Source: Desulfatiglandales bacterium
GTDB taxonomy: Bacteria > Desulfobacterota > DSM-4660 > Desulfatiglandales > Desulfatiglandaceae
Reading direction: 5' to 3'
Length of the DNA stretch: 64,000 nt
Assembly: GCA_963662465.1 (NCBI GenBank)
Contig: OY759599.1
Location: 8,097,626-8,161,625, forward strand
A program made the translations under genes and the position numbers. Of the stretch, positions 30,307-40,130 are shown in pieces. The first letter of the stretch is position 1. Each line of letters starts with the position of its first letter. Under the pieces are notes generated by a model that searched no databases, had not been told where the DNA came from, and was given only the letters and a program-made list of their open reading frames with translations.

Positions 30307-31272
30307 ATGAAAGTGATGGATAAAATCAAACTGATATTGGGAGCCATGACTTTTGGACCTCAGGTGGATGTTGAGGGCGGTCGCGCCATGGTGAAACGGT
30401 TCTTAGAAGCGGGACACCATGAATTGGACTCCGCCTACGTATACAACGAAGGCGAAACAGAAAAGATTCTTGGATCTATTCTGCCTGAAATCGCAGTTGA
30501 CGCTTTGAGTCTTGCGACCAAGGTCCATCCCAGAATTACGGGAAGGCTGGACGGGAGCGCCGTGACGATGCAACTTGAAGAGTCCCTGAAACGTATGAAG
30601 CGCGACAAGGTCGATATTCTGTATCTTCACTTTCCTGACGCAAACACCCCCATAGAAGGAGCACTGGAAGCCTGCGCAAAATTTCATGAACAGGGTAAAT
30701 TTTCGGAGCTGGGTTTAAGCAATTTTCCCGCATGGATGGTTGTGGATATCTGGCACCTTTGCCAAGAACGTGGATGGCCGAAGCCGAATGTGTATCAGGG
30801 CAGGTATAACGGATTGAGCCGAAATGTTGAGAGTGAGCTGTTTCCCGCTTTACGGAAATTGGGAATGCGCTTCTATGCATTCAATCCCCTGGCGGGTGGG
30901 ATGCTGACCGGGAAGCACATCCATTACGATGACAGTCCCATGCCCGGTCGATTTGCCAGGCTCCGGAGCTATCGTAACAGGTATTGGAAAAAGCCATTTT
31001 TTGAGGCGGTGAGTCTTCTTGCAACCAAGTGTGGAGAAGCGGAAATAACCCTGGCAGAGGCTGCTTTCAGATGGCTTGCCTACCATTCTTCTCTTAACCA
31101 ATCTGAGGGTGACGGGATCATAATTGGTGCTTCCAATATGGAACAGCTTGAGCAGAACCTTTTGGCTCAGGAAAAAGGTGCCCTTCCCGAGACGGTTGTG
31201 AGTGCTTTTAGCGCGGCGTGGAAAGAAGCAAGGACTGAGAGCCCTGACTATTTCAACTTTTATTCTGGATAA
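30307..31272 (+). CDS. Aldo/keto reductase
   Basis: LGAMTFG, D.A.VY, ATK, LYLHFPD, LGLSN and NPLAGG motifs. Confidence 0.92.
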   Translation: MKVMDKIKLILGAMTFGPQVDVEGGRAMVKRFLEAGHHELDSAYVYNEGETEKILGSILPEIAVDALSLATKVHPRITGRLDGSAVTMQLEESLKRMKRDKVDILYLHFPDANTPIEGALEACAKFHEQGKFSELGLSNFPAWMVVDIWHLCQERGWPKPNVYQGRYNGLSRNVESELFPALRKLGMRFYAFNPLAGGMLTGKHIHYDDSPMPGRFARLRSYRNRYWKKPFFEAVSLLATKCGEAEITLAEAAFRWLAYHSSLNQSEGDGIIIGASNMEQLEQNLLAQEKGALPETVVSAFSAAWKEARTESPDYFNFYSG

Positions 31273-31307
31273 TATCGTTCATCTGTAAATGGCAGAAGGT
31301 AATAAAA

Positions 31308-32660
31308 ATGAGTAACAATTTGACTGATAAATTTATCGATGAGCTTTATGAGTTGAGAAATGCGGCGTTTCCTGGCTCTGTTGTGCTTCAAGCGAAGAGG
31401 TGTATGCTGGATTATATAGGGGCCACTTTTGCCGGCGCACAGATGCTGAAGGAAAAAAGCAATAAGCTTTTAAATTATCTGGGGGAAACGCAGGGGGATG
31501 CTACTGTAATCGGGTTTAACAGAAAAGCAGGCATTGAAAATGCCGCTTTTGTAAACGGACTTAGTTCCCATGTTGCTGAACTCGACGATGGGGTGATTTC
31601 AGGCATTGTGCATCCCGGTGCTCCAATTTTTTCGGCACTTTTGCCGGTTGCGGAGAAGGAGAGGGTTAAGGGGTCGGATTTTCTTTTAGGCATTATTACG
31701 GGCTATGAAGCTGCGGTAAGAATTGCAGATGCTATTCAGCCTTCTCATAAAGCGCGTGGATACCATGCCACAAGTACATGTGGCGCCATTGGCATTGCGG
31801 TGGGGATTGCGGCAATGCTCGGGTTTTCTAAGTCGCAGATGAAGGATGCCCTGTCATCAGCGGCGGTTTCCGCAGCTGGGTCACTCAAGGTGCTTGAAGA
31901 TGGATCCGAATTGAAGCCATTTAATGTGGGTCGGGCAGCTCTTGTCGGTTTATTGGCTGCATCCATGGCAAGGGCGGGTTTTAAGGGGCCTGATGATGTC
32001 TTTTCAGGTAATGCAGGTTTTTTGTCGATGATGGCTGAAGATTGCGATTTGTCGCATTTGGAAAGGAAAGATGGGGAGCTTTTTGGTGTTGAGAGAGTTT
32101 ATGTAAAGCCATATGCCGCATGTCGATACTGTCATCCAGCAATCGACGCTTCTCTGAAGATCAAATTTACTCATTCCATTCAGCCCGAAAATATCAAATC
32201 CGTAAATGTGGCTACATATCGTTGGGCCGTAGCTAATCATGACCATACTCAGATCAACGGGGTCTCTTCGGCAAAAATGAGCATCCCATACAGCGTTTCA
32301 GTTGCCTTGGTGTCCGGCAAGGCGGGTATTGAAGAATACTCTATTGAACGTATCAACAATCCTGAAATCTCGTCATTAACCAAAAAGATTACGGTTTGTT
32401 CGGACGATCAACTTACAGCTCTTTTCCCAAAGAAAAGTGTGGCTATAGTTGAAATTACAACTTACGACGGGTATTGCCACACAACAAGGGTTGACTCCCC
32501 TAAAGGTGAGGCTGAAGCCCCCCTTTCGGATGACGAAATGAAAGAGAAGTTTGCAACTTTGGCGGTATATGGGAACAAATCCAAAGAAGAGAGCTATGAA
32601 ATAATACGAGTTGTGTGGAATTTGGAAGAAGAACTCCATAATTTGTTTCGGTTGCTGTAA
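31308..32660 (+). CDS. MmgE/PrpD-family dehydratase/isomerase
   Basis: H..ELDD....HPG, G.H.T, KPYAACRY.H and AK.SIPY motifs. Confidence 0.9.
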   Translation: MSNNLTDKFIDELYELRNAAFPGSVVLQAKRCMLDYIGATFAGAQMLKEKSNKLLNYLGETQGDATVIGFNRKAGIENAAFVNGLSSHVAELDDGVISGIVHPGAPIFSALLPVAEKERVKGSDFLLGIITGYEAAVRIADAIQPSHKARGYHATSTCGAIGIAVGIAAMLGFSKSQMKDALSSAAVSAAGSLKVLEDGSELKPFNVGRAALVGLLAASMARAGFKGPDDVFSGNAGFLSMMAEDCDLSHLERKDGELFGVERVYVKPYAACRYCHPAIDASLKIKFTHSIQPENIKSVNVATYRWAVANHDHTQINGVSSAKMSIPYSVSVALVSGKAGIEEYSIERINNPEISSLTKKITVCSDDQLTALFPKKSVAIVEITTYDGYCHTTRVDSPKGEAEAPLSDDEMKEKFATLAVYGNKSKEESYEIIRVVWNLEEELHNLFRLL

Positions 32661-32687
32661 GTCACCCAAGAATTGGAGATATTTACC

Positions 32688-33824
32688 GTGATAGACCAGA
32701 AAAAATTCCACGAATGCCTGCAAGATGTGGGAGTTGAGTTTATAACAGGTGTGCCGGATTCACTTCTTAACGAATTCTGTTTGTATGCAGTGGCCGAATT
32801 GCCGCCTGAACGCCATGTAATAGCAGCAAACGAAGGCAATGCGGTGGCGCTTGCTGCCGGTTACCATCTTGCCACCGGCAGCGTGCCATTGGTCTATATG
32901 CAAAATTCGGGAATCGGCAATGCAATGAACCCCTTGCTTTCGCTTACCAATAAAGATGTTTACGCCATACCCATGGTATTGCTCGTTGGGTGGCGTGGTG
33001 ATCCGGACATCAAAGACCATTCACAGCACAAAAAACAGGGAGAGCTGACCCCCGTTTTGATGGACGCAATGGATATTCCTTTCAGAGTCATCGACAGCGA
33101 TGGTGAGGATGCGTTTGAAGCGGCAAGATGGGCGGTGCGCACTGCTCGAGAGATAAGCGGCCCAGCAGCGCTTATTGCGAAAAAAGGGATGTTTGCACAA
33201 AGCAAGAAAAAGGAAACTGCTGCTGAGGATGGCAAATACAACATGAGTCGGGAGAATGCGATTGAATGCATTATGAGAAGCGTTCCGGCAGACACAATCT
33301 TTGTTGCAACCACAGGACGGGCAACCCGCGAACTCTTTGTGTTGCGCAACTTGAGCGGGACTGACCACAATATGGATTTTCTAAACGTAGGAGCTATGGG
33401 GCATGCCTCTTCGATCTCCAATGGCATCGCTTTGGGCGCGAAAAACCGACTGGTGGTTTGTTTGGATGGTGATGCTGCGGCGATTATGCATTTAGGATCC
33501 CTGACAACCACGGGATTGCTCGGTTCATCAAACTTTTTACATGTAGTGCTGAATAACGGAGCGCATGAGTCTGTCGGCGGTCAGCCGACTGCTGGTTTTA
33601 AGGCAAACCTAACCGCTATTGCTAAAAATTCCGGCTACAATACTGTTGGTTATGCAGTAGAAACGGAGCAAAAACTTCGAGATGCGATCAAAGTGCTATT
33701 GGCAACTGGAGGGCCGGCTTTCATTGATATTCATATACGAAAAGGTATTCGAAGCGATCTCGGACCTCTTAATGTCTCCTTGGGCAACTTAAAAGATATA
33801 TTTATGAAGTCGATATCTAATTAG
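32688..33824 (+). CDS. Phosphonopyruvate-decarboxylase-like ThDP enzyme
   Basis: GVPDSLL, ANEGNA, YMQNSG.GN, VGAMGHAS and GDAAAIMH...NNG.HESVGGQ motifs. Confidence 0.85.
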   Translation: MIDQKKFHECLQDVGVEFITGVPDSLLNEFCLYAVAELPPERHVIAANEGNAVALAAGYHLATGSVPLVYMQNSGIGNAMNPLLSLTNKDVYAIPMVLLVGWRGDPDIKDHSQHKKQGELTPVLMDAMDIPFRVIDSDGEDAFEAARWAVRTAREISGPAALIAKKGMFAQSKKKETAAEDGKYNMSRENAIECIMRSVPADTIFVATTGRATRELFVLRNLSGTDHNMDFLNVGAMGHASSISNGIALGAKNRLVVCLDGDAAAIMHLGSLTTTGLLGSSNFLHVVLNNGAHESVGGQPTAGFKANLTAIAKNSGYNTVGYAVETEQKLRDAIKVLLATGGPAFIDIHIRKGIRSDLGPLNVSLGNLKDIFMKSISN

Positions 33825-33868
33825 TTTCTCTTTGTTAATGCTCGTTGTACTAATGTGAAGGATTAATT

Positions 33869-35143
33869 ATGCTAAAAAACAAACATGTACTCCTAGTCAT
33901 GGGTGGGTTACCTCAAGTCTGTGACATTGTGGAGGATGCTAAAAGAAAAGGACTCTATGTGATTGTTACTGATAACATTTCAACTTCGCCTGCAAAAGAA
34001 ATCGCAGATGAAAGCAGTATGGTTAGTATAACGGACGTAGATGGAATTGTGGAACTGTGCAAGAGTAGAAATGTAGATGGGATAATGAATTATTGTATTG
34101 ATCCTGGACAAAAACCGTATCAAGAAATTTGCGAAAAGCTTAGTTTGCCCTGTTATGGTACAAAAAAACAGTTTGAAATTTTGACAAACAAAGATTTATT
34201 TAAAGAATATTGTATTATGCAAGGGGTAGATGTCGTTCAAAGTTACAATTTGAGCAGTGAGTGCACATCCGATGATCTGATAGACACAGAATTTCCAGTC
34301 GTCGTTAAACCTGCGGATGGTCGAGCATCAAAAGGGATAACAGTATGCCAACGCAAAGAAGATGTGTCGGCTGCCATCCATACTGCAATGTCTTTTTCGA
34401 AAAGAGGGAAAGTAGTTTGCGAGAGGTATATGATAAGGCCTGAGGTAGCTGTTAAGTATTTTGTCTGCAATGGTAATACTTTTTTAACGTCTATGTCAGA
34501 TATTCATACATGTTATTCAGAAGGTAAAAGAGCTTATATTAGCACTCAAACGTTTCCTTCAAAATACTATAGATTGTACAAAGAAACAACAGATACTAAA
34601 GTGCGAAATATGATTAGCAACCTCGATATTCAAAATGGGCCCTTGTCATTCAGTGGTTTCGTTGATGAAGGCAAATTTTGTTTTATTGACCCATCTTTTC
34701 GCATGGGAGGTGCTCAAGATTGGCGAATCGTTGCCGCTATAAGTGGTGTGAATATTTCTGAGCTTTTAACCAACTTTGCTCTAACCGGGGAAATGGGAGA
34801 TTGTTCTGAAGTTAGTAAGGTTAATAATAAATTCGCAGAGAAATCATCGGCGATGTTATACTTCTTGGTACGCGACGGAAAAATTGGGAAAATTATTGGG
34901 TTAAATAAAGCTATAAAACTCAAATCCATTGTTGGTTACCATGTGTGCCACCGTGAAGGAGATACTGTTAGCCATAAAGGTACATCGGATCATGTTTTAA
35001 TGCGCATATTGCTCGTATGTCAAAACAACATGCTATTAAAAGAAGATATAACCTATATCCAAAGTGTTATTTCAATTACTGACAACTGCGGAAAAGAAAT
35101 GTTGCTCCCTAATTTTGATGTGAAAATTATTCCAGATATCTAA
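33869..35143 (+). CDS. ATP-grasp protein
   Basis: NKDLFK, PVVVKPADG..SKG, CE.Y and RMGG motifs. Confidence 0.8.
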   Translation: MLKNKHVLLVMGGLPQVCDIVEDAKRKGLYVIVTDNISTSPAKEIADESSMVSITDVDGIVELCKSRNVDGIMNYCIDPGQKPYQEICEKLSLPCYGTKKQFEILTNKDLFKEYCIMQGVDVVQSYNLSSECTSDDLIDTEFPVVVKPADGRASKGITVCQRKEDVSAAIHTAMSFSKRGKVVCERYMIRPEVAVKYFVCNGNTFLTSMSDIHTCYSEGKRAYISTQTFPSKYYRLYKETTDTKVRNMISNLDIQNGPLSFSGFVDEGKFCFIDPSFRMGGAQDWRIVAAISGVNISELLTNFALTGEMGDCSEVSKVNNKFAEKSSAMLYFLVRDGKIGKIIGLNKAIKLKSIVGYHVCHREGDTVSHKGTSDHVLMRILLVCQNNMLLKEDITYIQSVISITDNCGKEMLLPNFDVKIIPDI

Positions 35144-35154
35144 CGAGGGTTCGA

Positions 35155-35673
35155 GTGAAATCAATTAACACAACTGTTAGTGATGATGTGGTTAAAAGCC
35201 TTTTTGTTGGCGACCAGATTTTGCTTTCCGGATACATTTATACAGGAAGGGATGCGGCACTGCCCAAGCTGGTTCGCCTGCTCGAATCAGGCGGGCTTGC
35301 TGCCGCTGGGATTGACCTTCAAGGGGCGGTGATTTTTCATACGGCGGTCAGTCCGGCCGGTGTGGGGCCGACTTCCAGCAACAAATTCGACATAGAAAGC
35401 ACCATTCCCGCGCTGTCGAAAGCCGGAGTCAAGATCCATCTGGGCAAAGGGATGTTGAGCCAAAAAACGATCGAAGCACTGCATGAGTACAATTCGGTGT
35501 ATGCTGTGATCCCACCCGTCACTGCGCTGCTCGAAAGCAGGATTATTGAGAGGCGGGTTGCAGCTTTTCCCGAAGAGGGGATGGAAGCGCTTCACCTGCT
35601 GCGTGTTGACGGATTCCCCTGTATTATAGCGGCTGCCCATGGACGATCAATAGGCGCATTCCATAAGGAATAG
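35155..35673 (+). CDS. Fe-S hydro-lyase beta subunit (fumarase/tartrate dehydratase-like)
   Basis: GD...LSG.IYTGRDAA, GPTSS, GKG and GMEA motifs. Confidence 0.85.
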   Translation: MKSINTTVSDDVVKSLFVGDQILLSGYIYTGRDAALPKLVRLLESGGLAAAGIDLQGAVIFHTAVSPAGVGPTSSNKFDIESTIPALSKAGVKIHLGKGMLSQKTIEALHEYNSVYAVIPPVTALLESRIIERRVAAFPEEGMEALHLLRVDGFPCIIAAAHGRSIGAFHKE

Positions 35674-35683
35674 AGAATATAAA

Positions 35684-36601
35684 ATGATTCACGACGATAT
35701 TCAATCGAAGGTCAGGGATACCCTTATAAGGGCCGCGACGACGTTCCGTGAAGATCAAAAGGCAGCTTATAAAAGGGCATTGACCAACGAAAAAAACCCG
35801 CAAGCCAGATGGGTATTGGAAAATCTCCTTGAGAATGCAAAGGTGGCTGAGCAAAACAAATTTCCTTTGTGTGATGACACAGGCATTCCGCATTTGTTTC
35901 TTGAGGTGGGCCGAGGGCAATCGCTGAGTGGCAGACTTATGCTCGCCATACAGCAGGGCGTTGTCGAAGGGCTGCGGGCCTTGCCCGGCAGACCCATGGC
36001 GGTCAAAGGTGATGATGTTCAACGATTGGAACAATCCATCGGCCTGGATGAGGATCCCGGAGCACTTGCTATCGCTCCCATAAACATCCGGGTAGTCGAG
36101 GAGGAGGTTGTCAGGCTTCATGTTCTTATGCAGGGCGGGGGGCCGGAAATCCGCAGCAAAACATACCGTGTTTTTCACCAGCATAAGATGTCGGTGATTA
36201 TGGACGAAATTTTAAAATGGGCCATTGAGGGTGCGGCACAGTTGGGCTGCACTCCCTGCGTTCCGGCAATCGGCATCGGCAGATCTCATTTCGAGGCGGC
36301 ATCCCTGATGCTTGAGGCGATGGTATATGGTAAATTTGACATTCAAAGTACGATAGAACGTGAGATAACTGATCGGATCAATCAGAGCAATGTTGGACCA
36401 CTGGGATTAGGGGGAAACACGACTGCCTTAGCTACCTTTGTGCGTATAGGCCCGCAAAGGGCCAGCGGTGTTAGGATTGTATGTCTGCGCCCCTGTTGTT
36501 GTTTTGAACCGAGGGTTGCAAGCGTATCCCTTATTTCGGAACCGCAGAAAACCGGAGTCCCAACAGTTAAAGATATCTTGCTGCCAATACAGGAAAAATA
36601 A
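35684..36601 (+). CDS. Fe-S hydro-lyase alpha subunit (fumarase/tartrate dehydratase-like)
   Basis: PLCDDTG, GGGPE, CTP, GPLGLGG.TT and terminal CC motifs. Confidence 0.85.
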   Translation: MIHDDIQSKVRDTLIRAATTFREDQKAAYKRALTNEKNPQARWVLENLLENAKVAEQNKFPLCDDTGIPHLFLEVGRGQSLSGRLMLAIQQGVVEGLRALPGRPMAVKGDDVQRLEQSIGLDEDPGALAIAPINIRVVEEEVVRLHVLMQGGGPEIRSKTYRVFHQHKMSVIMDEILKWAIEGAAQLGCTPCVPAIGIGRSHFEAASLMLEAMVYGKFDIQSTIEREITDRINQSNVGPLGLGGNTTALATFVRIGPQRASGVRIVCLRPCCCFEPRVASVSLISEPQKTGVPTVKDILLPIQEK

Positions 36602-36607
36602 ATAATA

Positions 36608-38065
36608 GTGACCCTGACTCAAAAAACCCTCACCGGTGTCATCTGGAACTTTTCTGAACAGCTTGGGCGGTACGGCATCAGTATCGCTGTCACGCTGCTT
36701 CTGGCCCGGTTTCTGTCACCGGCTGATTATGGGCTGGTGGCTATGATGGCGATATTCCTGGCCATTGCCAATTCCCTGATGGACTCCGGATTCAAGCAGG
36801 CCCTCATTCGTTTGCATGGGGCCGATCAGATCGACTACAACACAGCTTTTTACACCAATCTGGCTCTCGGCATGCTCTCGTATGCACTGCTGTTCGCCGT
36901 TGCTCCGTTTATCGCCGATTTTTATGCTCAACCGCGCTTAATTTCCCTTATCCGCGTTGCAGGCATCGCTATCCTAATCAATTCATTCCAGTTAGTTCAG
37001 AGCGCCGTTTTAAGTCGGAATCTCAATTTCAAGGCCCAGCTTCATGCCACGGTGCCAGCCGGCATTATCTCCGGCCTGATAGCGGTGGGGTTGGCTTACG
37101 CCGGTTTTGGGGTATGGGCGCTCATTGCTCAGATGCTTTTAGCGGCATTTATTACCACGGTATTGCTGTGGTATCTGCAGGGGTGGCGACCGAGCCGTGG
37201 CTTCAGCCGAAAATCCCTGAGCGCCATGTACAATTTCGGCTACAAGCTGTTCTTGTCCGGGCTGCTGGATATAACATTTAAAAACATCTATGTAATGATC
37301 ATCGCCAAAATCTTCGCAGCCAGCATTGCAGGGTATTACTTTTTCGCCTACAAGATTAAGGATCTGATTATAAGCCAGTTGGTCCGTGCCATTGGGAACG
37401 TAACCTACCCGGCCCTGGCAACCATGCAGCATGACAACGTCCGGCTCAAGGCCGGTTATCGGAAAATACTCCAGGTTACAACTTTTTTGCTGTTCCCGGC
37501 CATGGCTTTTTTAGCTGCTCTCGCTGAGCCCCTATTTCGTGTACTCCTGCCGGATAAGTGGCTGCCTGCATTGCCCTATTTACAGCTTATGTGCATCGCC
37601 GGACTTTTATATCCTCTTCATTCCATCAATTTGAATATCCTGAAAGTCAAAGGTCGATCGGATCTTTTTTTTTATCTGGAGATCTACAAAAAGATTGCCG
37701 CAGTGATCATTCTATTCGTTAGCATACGATATGGTGTTATCGGCGTACTTATCGGACAGATCATCAGTTCCGTCTTATCCTACATCCCAAACAGCTATTT
37801 TTCCTCCAGGCTGATCCATTATCCGGTGCACGAACAGGTGGCAGATTTCATGCCCGGATTGCTTCTGTCGGCCGCTGTGGCCCTGGTGATTTATGGGGCC
37901 GGTTTTTTGGTGCAGTGGCCCGCCGTTGTGGAGTTGATAGTTCTTGCTTTTCTGGCTGCTTTACTTTATCTGTATGGGGCGTATCTGTTCAAAATAGATG
38001 CCCTTATTCTGCTGAGAGAAATGGCAAAAGAGAGAACTGTCAGACTGACAAAAATGAAAGTGTAA
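36608..38065 (+). CDS. wzx: Wzx flippase
   Basis: LARFLSP.DYGL, GFGVWAL and many TM segments. Confidence 0.9.
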   Translation: MTLTQKTLTGVIWNFSEQLGRYGISIAVTLLLARFLSPADYGLVAMMAIFLAIANSLMDSGFKQALIRLHGADQIDYNTAFYTNLALGMLSYALLFAVAPFIADFYAQPRLISLIRVAGIAILINSFQLVQSAVLSRNLNFKAQLHATVPAGIISGLIAVGLAYAGFGVWALIAQMLLAAFITTVLLWYLQGWRPSRGFSRKSLSAMYNFGYKLFLSGLLDITFKNIYVMIIAKIFAASIAGYYFFAYKIKDLIISQLVRAIGNVTYPALATMQHDNVRLKAGYRKILQVTTFLLFPAMAFLAALAEPLFRVLLPDKWLPALPYLQLMCIAGLLYPLHSINLNILKVKGRSDLFFYLEIYKKIAAVIILFVSIRYGVIGVLIGQIISSVLSYIPNSYFSSRLIHYPVHEQVADFMPGLLLSAAVALVIYGAGFLVQWPAVVELIVLAFLAALLYLYGAYLFKIDALILLREMAKERTVRLTKMKV

Positions 38066-38077
38066 GGGGCTTATTCA

Positions 38078-39075
38078 TGATGTTAAGCATCGAAGAAATA
38101 GAAAAACGGATAGACGACGATTCGTATGAATTGCCAAATCGGGTATTGGACGTAATGCCTGAACCGATGGTAACGGTTCGCACATCAACCTACCAGCATG
38201 CACCTTACATTAAGCAGTGCATCGAAGGCGTGCTGATGCAAAAAACGACGTTCCCTTTTGAATTTATCATAGGCGAAGATTTCAGCACAGACGGCACGAG
38301 GGAAACAGTATTTGAATATGCTAAAAAGTACCCTGATATAATTAGGGTCTTTACAGCAGATTATAACGTAGGAGCCAAAGCCAATGGCCAACGATGTATC
38401 AGAGCTTCACGTGGAAAATACATGGCGATCTGCGAAGGCGACGATTACTGGACTGATCCACAAAAACTGCAAAAGCAGGTGGATTTTCTGGAAGGAAACG
38501 AGGCATATAGTGGTTGTGCACATCAAGCAAAGGTTGTTTATAATTCAGGAAAAGAAGCACATCTATTCCGAAAAAATGTGCCGCTGGATATTACTGTTAA
38601 TGATATGCTAAAGGGCAGATTATTTCATACGGCTTCTATTTTATTCAATCAAAAAATTTTGGAATCATATAAAAATCCACCCCAAATACTATCTGGAGAT
38701 AGATTGCTAAATTTTCTCATCGCTTTTGGTGGGAAAATCAGATTTTTTGACGATTGTATGTGTGTTTATCGTAAGCATGATAATGGTATGTCAAGTACTG
38801 TTACGGTTGAACAAATGAAACTGGATTTAAATATGGTTCCTTTTCTGCAAAGGATAGATCCATCTTTTCCTAAATACCATTATCTTTCCTTTATTCATTC
38901 GACAATAGCTGGGTATTCTCATGATGCAACTATCTTTCAAAAGAACTATTATATGATTTTGTCATGTTTATATTCCTTTTGTTATTTCCCGAAGAATATA
39001 AGAATGCTTAGTCGAGCATTTCTTTTCCTATTTAAGGAAAATGCTAAGACACTGTTTGCAAAGGATATATTCTGA
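38078..39075 (+). CDS. GT2 glycosyltransferase
   Basis: EDFSTDGT and AICEGDDYW...KLQKQ motifs. Confidence 0.9.
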
Positions 39076-39085
39076 AATGTTTTGG

Positions 39086-40054
39086 ATGAAAATCTCAATC
39101 GCCATGGCGACCTATAACGGCGAGAAATACCTTCAGGAACAGCTGGATAGTTTTGTGAACCAGACGCGCCTGCCGGACGAGCTTGTCGTTTCCGATGACT
39201 GTTCAAGAGACAGGACAATTCAAATCATCCAGGAATTTTCGAAAACCGCCCCCTTTGAGGTAATTTTAAATAGAAATTCAGAGACTTTGGGGTATGCAGG
39301 CAATTTTAATAAAGCCTTGGAGTTGACATCCGGGGATCTGGTCTTTTTGAGCGATCAAGATGATGTTTGGTTTCCAAACAAGTTGAAACGGATTGAAGAG
39401 GAAACCTATTTGTCAGATGCAATGCTCATTATGAATGATGCAGCGCTTACCGATGAAAATTTGAACGATCTTCGATTAACAAAGATGGGTCAAATACGTT
39501 CAGGAGACTTTAAAGAAAGTTTTTTTGTGATGGGGTGTTGCGCTGCCATAAAGAGAGAATTTCTTGATTTAGCACTCCCAATTCCTAATGGCTACCCTGC
39601 GCATGATAGTTGGTTGGTGGGATTGGCACAAAGGGTGGGAAAAAAAGCAATTATAGACGAAACACTTCAATTTTACAGGCGATATGGTACAAATGAATCA
39701 AAATTTATTGCGAATAGAACAAGCAGAATATCAAGATATGATGTTTTTAAAGATAGGCTTTTTAGATTATTGTTTAAGAAAAGAAGTAAATCGGGAAGCC
39801 AGATAGATAATTACAAAATTTTTCATAAGAGGGTAGAGGATCGATTGCAACATGAAAAAGGATGCTTTCGAAGCCAGTTAAGCATATGGGCTATGAATAT
39901 GCGTACATATATTTCTATTTTGGAAAAAAGAGAACTTATCCTAAAAAAGAATAGGATATTACGTGTTCCGGAAGTTTTTAAATACTGGAAAGAGGGGAAC
40001 TATATACAGTTTTCAGGGTGGCGAACCGCTGCCAGGGATATTCTCTCTAGGTGA
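39086..40054 (+). CDS. GT2 glycosyltransferase
   Basis: SIAMATYNGEKYL, DDCS.D, SDQDDVW and HD.W motifs. Confidence 0.9.
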   Translation: MKISIAMATYNGEKYLQEQLDSFVNQTRLPDELVVSDDCSRDRTIQIIQEFSKTAPFEVILNRNSETLGYAGNFNKALELTSGDLVFLSDQDDVWFPNKLKRIEEETYLSDAMLIMNDAALTDENLNDLRLTKMGQIRSGDFKESFFVMGCCAAIKREFLDLALPIPNGYPAHDSWLVGLAQRVGKKAIIDETLQFYRRYGTNESKFIANRTSRISRYDVFKDRLFRLLFKKRSKSGSQIDNYKIFHKRVEDRLQHEKGCFRSQLSIWAMNMRTYISILEKRELILKKNRILRVPEVFKYWKEGNYIQFSGWRTAARDILSR

Positions 40055-40130
40055 GTACGGTGGACGCTTTAATGTGAGCTATGTAGTCCTCTTATGAAAT
40101 ATGGTTTTTCAAAAATTTCATTAATCGTTT

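Noticed and set aside
32688..33824. Complete phosphonate biosynthesis cluster
   Set aside because: No PEP mutase motif found in the window, so C-P bond formation cannot be claimed.
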